From Azolla caroliniana (taxonomy: Eukaryota; Plantae; Polypodiophyta): a DNA stretch of 64,000 nucleotides. The notes below the pieces were generated by a model. The model did no database searches. It was not told the DNA's origin and saw only the letters and a program-made list of their open reading frames with translations. Positions 29,522 through 40,749 of this stretch are shown piece after piece. Every line of letters starts with the position of its first letter. Position 1 is the stretch's first letter. Made by a program: the position numbers and the translations under genes. Where the stretch lies: the NCBI GenBank assembly GCA_043228905.1, contig JBHGNT010000018.1, positions 1,488,001 through 1,552,000 of the forward strand, read 5' to 3'.

Positions 29522-31937
29522 TCCCTTTTTCTTTGCACGTAAGCCGTCTCCTCAGATTCCTGCGTGGGGAATGCACGGTCGAGTCTCCACTACTCGTCGA
29601 CTCTTCATCAGACTGGTCAAACCAACTCAGTCGTTCATTCGGTCCACTTATCCGAAATGAAATCGGACTCTCTTCGCGGGTATTTCAGGCTCATCCGGAG
29701 GCATCTCAGTCTTGCTGACCTCATCGTCAAAGCTCGGATTGGAGTTGAGGTCCGGAGTCGGAGGCAAGTGCCAGGACGCGGACTCATCAAACACAACATC
29801 GCGGCTCACGCACGCTTGTTTGGTGCGTGGGTTATAACACTTATAACCCTTCTACTCGTCCGAATAACCGACCAAGATGCATTTCTCGGCCTTTGCGTCT
29901 AGCTTCCTCCGTTTCTCCTTCGGCACATGCACATATGCAATGCTACTAAAAACTCGTAAGTGTCGTAAGTTCGGCTTCGTTCCGAAATATAGCTCATGCG
30001 CCGACATTTTTACTCCGATCCAATTCTGGATGTATACCGCGGTTCGTACCACCTTGGCCCAGTAGAACTTGGGCAAGCTCTTCTCCTCCAGCATTGCCCA
30101 TGCCGCTTCCACAACCGACCGATTTTTCCTCTCGGCCACGCCGTTTTGCTCCGGCGTGTATCTACAACTAAATTCGCGTCGAATTCCCATCTGTTGTAGA
30201 TAACCGTTGAATTGACCGGAAAAGTATTCTTTTCCGCCATCTGACCGCAGGCACTTGATCTTTCTTCCCATTTCCGTTTCCACAAACCCTTTGAGGTCCT
30301 GGAAACAGTCGAAGACTTCGCTCTTCCTCTCAATGAGGTAGATCCACATGTGTTGCGTGTAGTCGGTTATGCTCATTGGGGAAGGGTAGTCGGTGTTGCT
30401 TCCCAAGCTGGCAGGCTTCACAAATTTGTGCCTTCCGGCCACTAAATTTGGGCAATCCGAACACCACCTGTTTCGATTGCAGGTCCTGAAGCCGCTGGTA
30501 GTTGACATGGCCTATCCGCTTGTGCCATCAGTCGATGTCTGACTCGACTTTTTGTCCCTTCGCGAACATTGCAGTGCCACCGTCACTAGAGTCGAGGATA
30601 AACATCCTCCCATCTCTGCGCCCTTGCACAATAACACGGCCTTCTTCCTCAATGAAGCACCCGAGATGCGTAAACCGAACCTGCGTCCCCTAGTCGACGA
30701 TCTGCTTGACCAACACCAGGTTCTTTGTGATTGTCGGGACGTGTAGCACGTTCATGAGTTTCCCTTTCTGCCCAACATGGCTCAAGGGAACTTCACCTAC
30801 ATTCGCGATTGGATATGGAGTGTTGTCTCCAGTTGCGACTACTCCTGGTTGTGTCGGTTTCTCAAGGTACGAGAACCACTCCTTATGGCTCGTCATGTGA
30901 TTTGACGCACCGGAGTCGACGTACCACACCTCGTCCGATTTTGGGGTGGTCTACTTCATTGAGTTTGCTTCGTGTCTCGTCACGAAGACTGACCCTTTTC
31001 CGGCTTCTCTGGATCCTTCAGCGTAGTGCGATCGTTGCCGATTTCCTTTGTCGGTCTGTCCGGAACCTGATCCGGACCCAGTTCTCTCTGAATTGAGCGC
31101 TTTTTCCAGCACTCGCTCTCCCTATGGCCTTTCTTGCCACAGTACTAGCATTCCGCGACGGATTTCCCTTGTCGGTTCTCGTCGCCTCGACTCCCCCTGT
31201 TTCCGAAGGGTCCGGATTTGCTGTCGGCATCACTTCGGTGCCTTCTTCCTTGATCATGTTGGCCGCCTCCATTGCACACCAACTCGCCTCGTCCTCCACG
31301 TCCACGGGGCCTATCTCCCTCCGTGTACAGCATCTTGTTGTCGGTGTGCGTGCTCATTGACGCACCCGCGTGGTTGTCCTCTACCAGGAGCATCGACTGT
31401 AAGTTGAAAAAGGACGGTGTATTCTCCCCAGGTACACACAGCAGTTCGGAACGCCCCGAACTTCGATGCCAAACCCCCAAGATAGACCTAGACGATCTTG
31501 CTTTCCTCGATGTTCACATCGATGGAAGCTAAGGAGTCGCATATGTCCTTGATCTTCGAGGTATAGTCAGCCACCGACAAATCGCGTTGTCATAGGTTGC
31601 TCAACTCCTGTCGGAGTTGAAGCTTCTTGGCAGTGGTGCTCGCGGCGAAGATCTTCTTGAGATTTTCCCATGCACCCTTCGGCGTTTTTGCATCTCGAAC
31701 GTAGCTTAATAGTTGTTCGCCCACACAAGACGCGAAGCAGTACAGCACTCTGCTCGCCGATTGTTCCCACGCTGGGAAATCTTTGTGTGTCGATTCGGGT
31801 GTTGTGTCATTTGCTCTGTCAACATAGCTCCAATAACCGTGCCCGAGCAGGTACTGGTGCATCTTGTAGGACCAAGACGTGTAGTTGTTTCTGTCGAGCT
31901 TCTCTGTTGGAAGCAAGCTAGCCATTCCTCTATCCAT
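29522..31937 (-). pseudogene. Copia A gag-protease-integrase segment
   Basis: Motifs KLDRNNYTSW (gag), WYVDSGASNHM (PR) and LRSDGGKEY / TPEQNGVAERKNR (INT); broken by stops and frameshifts. Confidence 0.9.
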
Positions 31938-33031
31938 CGGTTTTTCCTGTTCTTCTTGGTTAGTTTTTCTTTCAAGCTATGTCGGTTGCCGAGGTTCTCA
32001 ACCCTCGCGTTCTGATACCATGTAAAAGATTATGTGCGGAAGCAATAGAAAAACGAACACAGAGAAAATACGCAGGTTTAATGGAGAGCTTGAGTATACA
32101 CAGTACGCAGGAGAGACAGAGAGAGAACACAATTCAAAAAATACTAACTCTGTACATACATCGTGCTTAATGAGCACCTTTTATACAAGCCTTGACAATG
32201 GGCTGACACAAGTGTTGACAGTACTTGGCTGCTCATAAATGAGCCTCGACACTTACTCCCAAAACTATTCCTTACGAGGAATATCTTTCAAATGGCCTCG
32301 CGGTTTACGCACCGCTACAACCATGTTATGCGTACCGATTTTACGCACCTAGTCTACGCATTGGTTACGCATCGTATTACGCACAAATGTTGAGCTTGTC
32401 TCTCAACAAAAACCATATTCTTGACCATATCTAGTCAAGTGTTGTGTTCGAACCAACACATCCAAATATATGGTCATGTTATGTATATCTTAGTAGATTA
32501 TCTATTTCAAGTTCTAGGAGTTTTTGGAAAGTTCTAGAACTAGAAGGTTCTTGGGGAGAATAATGTCACAGACATAACTGCCACGCTTCTGAAAAAACGG
32601 TCGTAAAGGGGAGGATAATGTCACGGACATTATTGCCACACTTCGGAAAGACATCCATAAAGGGGAGGATAATGTCACGGACATGACAACAATCATGTCA
32701 AAATTCGAACTCTTCACCTCTTGTATATAGTCAAGTGTTATATTCTAACCAATACATCCAAATACATAGTCATGTCATATATATCTCAGTAGATTATTAG
32801 ATTATTTTAGACCGTTCGAGAACTAGAAGGTTCTAGAGGGTTCTAGAATATTCTCCCAAATATTCTAATGCATGTAGTTCGACTCACAGTATAAATACTT
32901 GTAACCTTTGTGGTCCCTTTCAAGGGATTCAACACCAGTCATTGACACATCAATCAAGTATTCTCGTTTTGCCTCATCTTCTCTCCTTGATTTACATCTC
33001 TATCTTTATGCTCTTGTATTGTTCCTAGCGT

Positions 33032-33873
33032 TGTTGTGAGGATTTTCGGCCATGATGTGAAAACCAAGTGGGATGGATAAAATGGGGATGTCCAACATTG
33101 CACATGCACTTGGAAGATTTGTAAAAGAAACAAATGTAAAAAAGGAAGGGTAAATGTAAGGTGTTAAAAGTGCACTACGAAGATTAATAAAGTGTAAATG
33201 TGATGTGCACTTATGTGCACATGCACATGTAGACTAAAGGGAGAGTACATGAAGTACGGGTGTAGTGAGTAGTGGGCATAGTGTGTGTCTGAGGAGAGGG
33301 AGTTAAGGCTCCATCAATCTCTCCTCCTAAGATCAAGGTCAAATATTCCCCCATTGAAAGAAGGGGGGGTTGACCTCTTCTTTATGTAATGTGCCTCACC
33401 CCTTACTACTATAAAAGGGAGTGAGGGGCCATTTTTGAGGGGCTTCCACCTTTTGGATTTTCTTTGGGGAGTCACCATTTTGTCGTTAGAGGTAGACCGT
33501 AAGGATTTTCTTCATCATCTTTTCCCCGATTTCATTTTAGGGTTTCGGTTTTAGGTTCCCCTTTGGTATCATTTCCCTTCTCTCGATTAGAGTTTAGTTC
33601 TTCTTCCTATTCTCTTGGGTTTTCTTCTATTTGTGCTTGAGTCCGGCTTATGGCCGCAGTTGTAATCATATCATGGCTTTCATGTCTTATAGTGTAATTT
33701 GCTTGTTTAACCTTGTCTTGATCTATTTCTCTATCGTGTTAATCTCTTCTTCTTTCTCCTCCCCTTTTGAGCTCGAAGGCTTTAAGGGATAAGCTCCCAT
33801 TTCCCGTCTATTCCCTAGTCCAAGACCCCCGTGGTTCCACCGAAGCCGACACGTACTCGCGGATTTCTCGATA
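33032..33873 (+). mobile_element. Solo LTR related to the element B family
   Basis: The start TGTTGTGAGGATTTTCGGC...CAACATTGCACATGCACTT and the end CCAAGACCCC.GTGG match the B LTR. TSD GCGT/GTGT. Confidence 0.75.
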
Positions 33874-34059
33874 GTGTCTTAAGTTCCTCAACTCGTCGCT
33901 CCCAACTTCCCGAGTTTCTATCCCCATCACGTCGAGTTCCACGTTCGTAACCTTATTGTTCGTAGCCTCGTCATCTGTGCTTTGTCGTAGTCTAGGGTTG
34001 GTGTGTCTGTGATAGTTTGAATCCCTTCCAACTAGAAGCATCACCTGTCTTCATCATGG

Positions 34060-34480
34060 CCCTTGCTTCTAGACTTACCATCATCACCGTCCTTGCTTCT
34101 AGAGTTCCTGTCATCAACATCCCTTCATTTGCTATCTTCCTCGCCATCGCTATCTCCTATTTTATTCTCATTGTTGTCTCTGTCTTTTAGTTTCTTATCA
34201 TGATCATCCCTATCTTTGTACTTCTTATCATCTTCCACATCCCTATCTCTGCGTTTTCGGTCATTATCATCCTTCTCCCTGTGTTTCCTGCCATTTTCAT
34301 CTCTATCTATGTGTTTCTTACCATCACCATCCCTATCTATGTGTTTCTTATCATCTTCGTCCCTGTCACTGTGTTTTCTATCATCCTCTATATCTTTGTC
34401 TTTGTGTTTCTTTTTATCCTCAACATCTCGATCTCTGTGTTCCTTATCCTCTTCATCTATTTCTTTGTTTCCATCATTGC
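34060..34480. repeat. Degenerate pyrimidine-rich tandem repeat of about 30 bp
   Basis: Recurring TCATC.TCCCT.TCTCTGTGTTTCTTA units. Confidence 0.65.
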
Positions 34481-34582
34481 TATAATCACATTCATTTCTT
34501 CCAAAGACACTTCCTCAACATCATCTTCAACACCTCTTGGTGTCTTCATCAACACTACTTTTCCTAGCCTTTCATCGACGTC

Positions 34583-35200
34583 AAGTGTTCCAGTTCCCCG
34601 TGAGGATCGCACATGGTCGCTCACGTCCGTTGGTGTTCGTGTCTCCGGTGAAGACCGCGCATAGTTGCTCACGTCCATTGGTGTTCGCATCTCCGGTGAG
34701 GACCACACATGGTCACTCACACCCGTTGGTGTTTGCGTCTCCGGTGAGGACAGCACATCGTCTCTCACGCCCGTTGGTGTTCGCATCTCCGGTGAGGACC
34801 ACACATGGTCTCTCAGGCCCGTTGGTGTTCGCGTCTCCGATGAGGACCGTACATGGTCGCTCACGCCCATTGGTGTTCCAGTTCCCGGTGAGGACCGCAC
34901 ATGGTCGCTCACGTCCATTGGTGTTCCTGTCTTCGGTGAGGACCGCACATCGTTGCTCACGTCCGTTGGTGTTCCAATTCCCGGTGAGGACCGTACATGG
35001 TCACTCACACTTAGGTTGGTGTTCCAGTCTCCGGTGAGGACCAAACATGGTTCCTCACGCTCACATTGGTGTTCCATTATCTAATGAGGACCATACATGG
35101 TCGCTTAACCCCTTGGTGTTCCAGTCTCCGGTGAGGACCACACATGGTCGCTCGCGTTCACCTGTGCTCCTATTTCTGGTGAGGATTGCTCATGGTCACT
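34583..35200. repeat. 48-bp tandem array (about 13 units) inside D
   Basis: Unit GGTGAGGACCGCACATGGTCGCTCACGCCCGTTGGTGTTCGCATCTCC, seen as 16-aa periodicity in the ORF track. Confidence 0.9.
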
Positions 35201-35306
35201 CACTCCTCAACGTACTTTGCTTTTCTCTTTCAACTCACCCCTACACCATGCTTTCAAAAAGGCGGTCGTAAAGGGGAGGATAATGTCACAAACATGACAA
35301 CAATCA

Positions 35307-35375
35307 TGTCAAGATTTGAACTCTTGACCTCTTATATATAGTCAAGTGTTGTGTTCCAACCAACACGTCCAAATA
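35307..35375 (-). promoter_or_regulatory. tRNA-like A/B-box module in the D 3' LTR (second copy at about 32696-32765)
   Basis: Minus strand TGGAC-GTGTT-GGTTGG-AACAC (D-arm-like stem)...GAG-GTCAAGA-GTTCAAA-TCTTGAC (T-arm-like stem). Confidence 0.6.
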
Positions 35376-35899
35376 TATGGTCATGTTATGTATATCTTAG
35401 TAGATTATTAATAGATTATTTATTTCAAGTTCTAGGAGTTTTTAGAAAGTTCTAAAACTAGAAGGTTCTAGAGGGTTCTAGAATATTCTAATGCATGTAC
35501 TTCGACTCACAGTATAAATATTTGTAACCTCCTTGGTCCCTTTCAAGGGATTCAACACCAACCATTGACACCAGTCTCCCGAATATTCTAATGCATGTAC
35601 TTCGACTCACAATATAAATGCTTGTAACCTCCTTGGTCCCTTTCAAGGGATTCAACACCAGTCATTGACACATCAATCTAGTATTCTCGTTTCGCCCCAA
35701 CTTCTCTCCTTCATTTAAATCTTTGTCTTTATGATGCTCTTGTATTGTTCCTAGCGTCTTAAGTTCCTCAACTCATCGCTCCCAACTTCCCGAGTTTCTA
35801 TCCCCATCACGTCGAGTTCCACGTTCGTAACCTTATTGGTCGTAGCCTCGTCATTTGTGCTTTGTCGTAGTCTAGGGTTGGTGTGTTCGTGACAGTTCT

Positions 35900-36270
35900 T
35901 CACGAAATGGGGAAGCCATACACATCGATACATGTTAGAGCCCATTTGGATATCTACCATTCGAACCATTGCTTCCATGCAACTTAGCTTACATGCATTG
36001 CTATGTGAGACGGGGTGTTGGGGCACAAGTGATGAGAGTGGTTGGTTATGCACACTTTGCTCTAAACAACTTCAAGAGTCTGAGTATCACACTTTGATAC
36101 AATGCTCTGTCTTTGATCATATTCGACAATGCTATCCACATCTCTTCGACCGAGCCCAATCCTTGCAAGGATTTCTCTCACAACCACAATGTGCACTCTC
36201 GATTGCAACATTCATTGGTAAAGTTCTTGAACATCGAGAGTTGTTACTCACTTTCACACGTATCACGTGA
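35900..36270 (+). pseudogene. LINE C-terminal zinc-knuckle (CCHC) segment
   Basis: LCTLC....ESEYHTLIQC motif. It continues the LINE frame after element D. Confidence 0.75.
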
Positions 36271-36322
36271 AATGTAATATTTTTGGTCTCATAGGTCATA
36301 TTTGACCTCCAAAGATGATAAT

Positions 36323-36376
<54 letters not shown>

Positions 36377-37087
36377 AGTTGAGCCTATCTTACTACGGTG
36401 AGCTTCAGGCATAAGTTCCTAGATAAAGAACTTAAGCTCCCTTCTTGTATGTGTGTGGTTAGCAAGAAAATACAAGCTACATTTTGATTTCTCATTTCTA
36501 TGCTTTTTTAAGATTTAATTAAGGTTTTAAAGTGTGAATTACATCATACTTATGTTAATCTTATTCTATATCTATATTAAGCTAAGAGACACAAGTATGA
36601 TAAGGAAGTTTATTTAGGTGAGTTGGGATAATTGATACCCACTCTATTAGATATGCTTGAGAGTAACTCATACCCACTATTCACAACGCATATCCATTTG
36701 ATCATTTGCAATAATCTAATGGAAAGATAACCATTAGGTAATTGTGTGAAGATAAATCATAAGCATTGGTTCATTCCTGCATGTTGTTAAGGAGATTAAG
36801 AGAGTAAGAGAAGAAAGAGAACCCACTAATTGTAATTATATACAACTTTAAAATCAAGTGAAACTATGTTATGATCTTGGAGGCTCCATTATATATAAAG
36901 AGATTGTATCACATGAGTTCACGACATTTTTTATAAACCCCTTATGCGTACATTTTTTACTGTTGGGAATCCTACATTTACTATTTTAGATACCCTTCTA
37001 TAAAAAAACAACTAATAAAATACCCTTAGTGCCAAATTCCAACATATATTTTGACAACTCCTCATTTTAAATGCCCTTACATAGAAG

Positions 37088-37508
37088 CATAGTTCCTAAT
37101 ATTCGCGTACGTCCAATTTACTGGACGTACGCGAACGTTTGCAAACCTACACGTATGATACGCGATATTCGTTTGACTTCTGTTTTTTTTGGGGGGGGGG
37201 GGTTTAATTTTTGATATTCATAATTCTTTGTGAATAGAAGTGACCTTTGACACTCTCTCTCTCTCTCTCATGAGAACTAACAGATCTTCTCTCTCTACAA
37301 AATCTAGATATCTAATATACATATTACACACTCCCTCACACAAACAAAACCCATAGCTCCTCTCTCTCTCTCTCTCTAGAGTCTAGATATACACTCAACC
37401 ACTATTTCCTCACACATGCAAATCAGGGTTTCTCTCTCTCTCTCTCTCTCTCTCTAGAGTCTAGATACACACTCAACCACTATCTCCTCACACATGCAAA
37501 TCAGGGTT

Positions 37509-37553
<45 letters not shown>

Positions 37554-37685
37554 ATGTACACCATATGTATATATCTATGTACCGTGTATGGATTTCAATC
37601 ATACTTGGACCCTTTTCACGTATAAGTATGATACAAATATTGGCGTTTGAATATGACACAAATGGGACGTATGGCTAGAACTATG
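37088..37685. mobile_element. Non-autonomous hAT-type element / MITE
   Basis: TIRs CATAGTTC...GAACTATG with an 8-bp TSD CATAGAAG/CATAGAAA (7 of 8 match). Confidence 0.6.
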
Positions 37686-37699
37686 CATAGAAAACACAT

Positions 37700-37888
37700 G
37701 TATGTTTTATATATGTGTGTATGTATGTATTATATTGTATTGCATATGTTGTATATATTTTATCTATGGGTTGTGTGTATGTATGTATGTGTTTTTTTTT
37801 TGTGTGTGTGTGTGTATGTTCATCATAGGTACTTATTGTATTGCATGTATATATGTGTTTTGTGTGTGTGCGTGCGTGCGTGCGTGCA

Positions 37889-37949
<61 letters not shown>

Positions 37950-38060
37950 TGTATTGTGTTATATGTTTGTTTATGCATGTATGTATAGTATTGTATGTGT
38001 TGTATACCTTAGTGGTATGGCATGTGTGTATGTATCTATGTGTTATGTGTATGTGTGTAT
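37700..38060. repeat. (TG)n/(TA)n microsatellite-rich tract
   Basis: Long TG run at about 37895-37947 with flanking TATG repeats. Confidence 0.9.
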
Positions 38061-38536
38061 AGTGGCTCGTGTCTATTTGCATCTAAATCATAAAGATGCT
38101 TGGCGGGGGGATCGCGGCCACAGACGGTGCAAGTTGCTCAGCTGAGGGTGATGCGATCTGCGTCGTTCAATCTGGATAAAAAAAAGTGCACCATCAAAAA
38201 ATCTTATTTTTGGTCACCCAACTCAAAGGCAGTGCCTGACCAATTACCTGACTCTAATCAAGTATTTGACCGTTTCAGAGGCAGGCAAGTTACAAGTACG
38301 TCATAAATTGAAATAATACTAAAAATAAATGGCGTAGTGATTAGAGTCATTCCTTGGATTCGATAGGTGCAAAGTTTGAATCTTTGTTGCCTCTTAGTGA
38401 GAAGAGGGTTCATTTTGCTTATTGGTCAAATTTGGGGTCTTTTAGGTTTTCTTCTTCTTCTTCTTCAACTTCTTCCTTTTTTATGGTTTGGACATTTGGT
38501 TTTAGGTATGTTCTCACTTTACACTTCATTTACATT

Positions 38537-38950
38537 TAAGGGGCGGCAATAATGCTATTGAATTCAACACCTTAACGGTTGAACTGCAAAAGCACAGCTT
38601 AACGGTTTAAACGATTCAATTCTGTTCATTTATAATGGTTTGAAACCACAGTTAAAACAGTTTGATGGTCTTAAGATATTTTAAATATTTTTCTAAACAA
38701 CCTTTTCATTTTAAGCCTAATTCTCACATTTAGGGAAAATATTTTTTTTAAATAATTAAAATTAAAATTTTGACCTAAGTTAAAAACCAAAACTAAACCA
38801 CACAAACCACAGTTTTAACAGTTTGGATTTTTTCTAACAGTTCAATTTAAATGGTTTCATGGTTCGGTTTGGTTTGGGTCAACTTTCAAAATATTTAAAC
38901 GGTTCGGTTTTGACACTTTGGAACTAACCCAAACTATTGTCGATTGCTAT
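38537..38950. mobile_element. MITE-like remnant with AAACCG/CGGTTT subterminal motifs (related copy at about 40005-40510)
   Basis: Clustered AAACC(G/A) and (C)GGTTT motifs around an AT-rich core. No clear TSD. Confidence 0.4.
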
Positions 38951-39249
38951 TTGTAGTTGTAGGCATGCACATGTAGAAAAGATCAATTGAATTTTGAAGG
39001 CTTGACTTAAGGGAAGGGAATGTCATAATAGGAGAGACTTGGGGATGCCATGGGATTCCAGCAACTAGCAATTGATTCTTGCATGTCTATATTTGAGGAA
39101 GGGATAGAAACAAGCAACATGGGAAGCCAAAAAAACATGAGCCAAATTTTACGTTAGACCTAACGTTTAGGGTTTACTAAAGTGGTAAAGATTCTTTTAC
39201 TAATAAAGTCTCAAGGGTTGAATCATTATTTGGTTTGATAGCTTCTCTA

Positions 39250-39600
39250 TTTAAACTTTATGCAATTTCATCAGCAATCATCATGAATACTCCATTGTTG
39301 TAAGAAGTTCCTTCAAATGCTCAATAACTTCTCACATCACAACATTATTTAATGAGGACGAGATTAATATATGATTGATTCAATATGTGAAGGTTATCAA
39401 GCATTATATGTGCTACATGGGTCAAGCCACATTTGGCATACATATCAATCACACTATTGGGAATACAACATCTCTTTCTAGTACACTTTTTCCTAAGATT
39501 ATATAGCACACAACAAACTAACACATGCAAAACCAACTTACTATAATAATGAAACATGTTTCAAATCAAACCACCATTACACAAGGTTCAAATGATGTTT
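39250..39600 (-). pseudogene. PPR gene fragment
   Basis: NSVIDMYAKCG...A..MLD.L resembles a PLS-class PPR motif. The surrounding frame is broken. Confidence 0.45.
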
Positions 39601-40749
39601 CAAACAAAAAATAATTCATTAGACTAGAGGAAAGTAATGGAAACTATTCTATGTTACAACACATACATACATATTTATTCATCAATTGACTAGACTATCT
39701 CCCCTCTCTAAAACGACGACTCTACAACTTAAATATGTTTAATATGTTTAATCATTGAACCACCTGACCTTCCAATTGTTACATATCCGTTAGTGTAAGC
39801 AACAATCTACTTATTATTGGCTTTAAATTTCTCTCTATTTAACTACTATATTGAGCACACAAGAGTTTAAAAGCAAACACATTTTGGGAAGCAATAGGTG
39901 CATTGTACACCGTTGAGAAGCATACCATTTGAGGTATAATATATTCTTTACTATCTCATTCAAATATCTAATATTTTATTGTACCTCAAATGGTATTACA
40001 TTGAAACTTAAACCGAACCCCAAAACCATTTACACCAAACCGTTACAAAAAAATTAAGCTCAAACCAAACGGTTTTAGAGACTTTGAAACCGTTAAAACC
40101 GTGGTTTTGTAGTTCAATTTTGGTTTTCATGTTAGGTTCAAATTTAAAATCTCACATTAATTTTTAAAATTATAAATTTTTCAATAATTTAAATTTAAAA
40201 TTTTCAAAATCTAAAGTTTTTTCATAAAATGTCAAAATTAGGCTTAAAATGTTCAAAAACATATTTAAGGAAATTATCAAGTGTTAATCTGAAACCGTTA
40301 AACCATTTGAATCATGGTTTAAAACCTTTTAAACCGAAAACTGTTAAAGTGATAAAGGCTCGAACCGAACCAAACAAAATAGGTAGCCCCCAAATCGAAC
40401 TAAACCAAAACCGAACCGTTTACAAAAACTTAAACTTGAACTAAACCAAACCAAACCATTTAAAATGTTAAACCGTGGTTTCACGCTATGTGGTACGGTT
40501 CAATCCAAACTTGAGGAGATTTTGAGGTTGCCTTTGACCTTCCTTCAATGTCTTAATGACAACAAATAGAGAACTATGGACCAAATAAGGAACTTTAGTA
40601 TCACAATAAAGCACCATATATTGGACAATAAGATTCCTAAAGAGTCATTCTCTTATTAAGTATCACAAACAAGTGACATATTGCAGTCCTAATTACAATT
40701 AGAAAATCTTGTTCAGAAGTAAAGTGTGACCAATCCAAAACCAAAAGGA

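Larger units (their letters stand above)
4074..32408 (-). mobile_element. Ty1/copia element A (degenerate; hosts B, C, E, F1, F2)
   Basis: 5' LTR 32021-32408 with an adjacent Met-type PBS (TGGTATCAGA on minus). The 3' LTR is reduced to 4074-4106. TSD AAAAC (4069-4073 / 32409-32413). Confidence 0.9.
32422..35894 (+). mobile_element. Non-autonomous LTR element D (G0-related; partial LTR - PPT repeats - LTR - internal - LTR)
   Basis: LTRs 32673-34014 (interrupted) and 35284-35894, plus a partial LTR at 32422-32552. PPT AAAGGGGAGGA. TSD ATTCT/GTTCT (32417-32421 / 35895-35899). No coding motifs. Confidence 0.8.
621..36375 (+). mobile_element. Degenerate LINE (APE endonuclease-RT-CCHC; RTE-X/L1-like) interrupted by nested LTR elements
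   Basis: Pieces lie at 621-1106, 2061-4073, 32414-32421 and 35900-36375. The reading frame rejoins across insertions (HVAPNYKT|IF|FTKWG). It ends in a 3' UTR and (TC)n at about 36328-36375. Confidence 0.85.

Noticed and set aside
34200-35084. Hydrophobic and repetitive ORFs (154-206 aa) inside D as env-like or membrane proteins
   Set aside because: They are by-products of pyrimidine-rich and 48-bp repeats that are open in several frames.
37647-38145. CV/HT-rich ORFs
   Set aside because: Translations of the (TG)n microsatellite.
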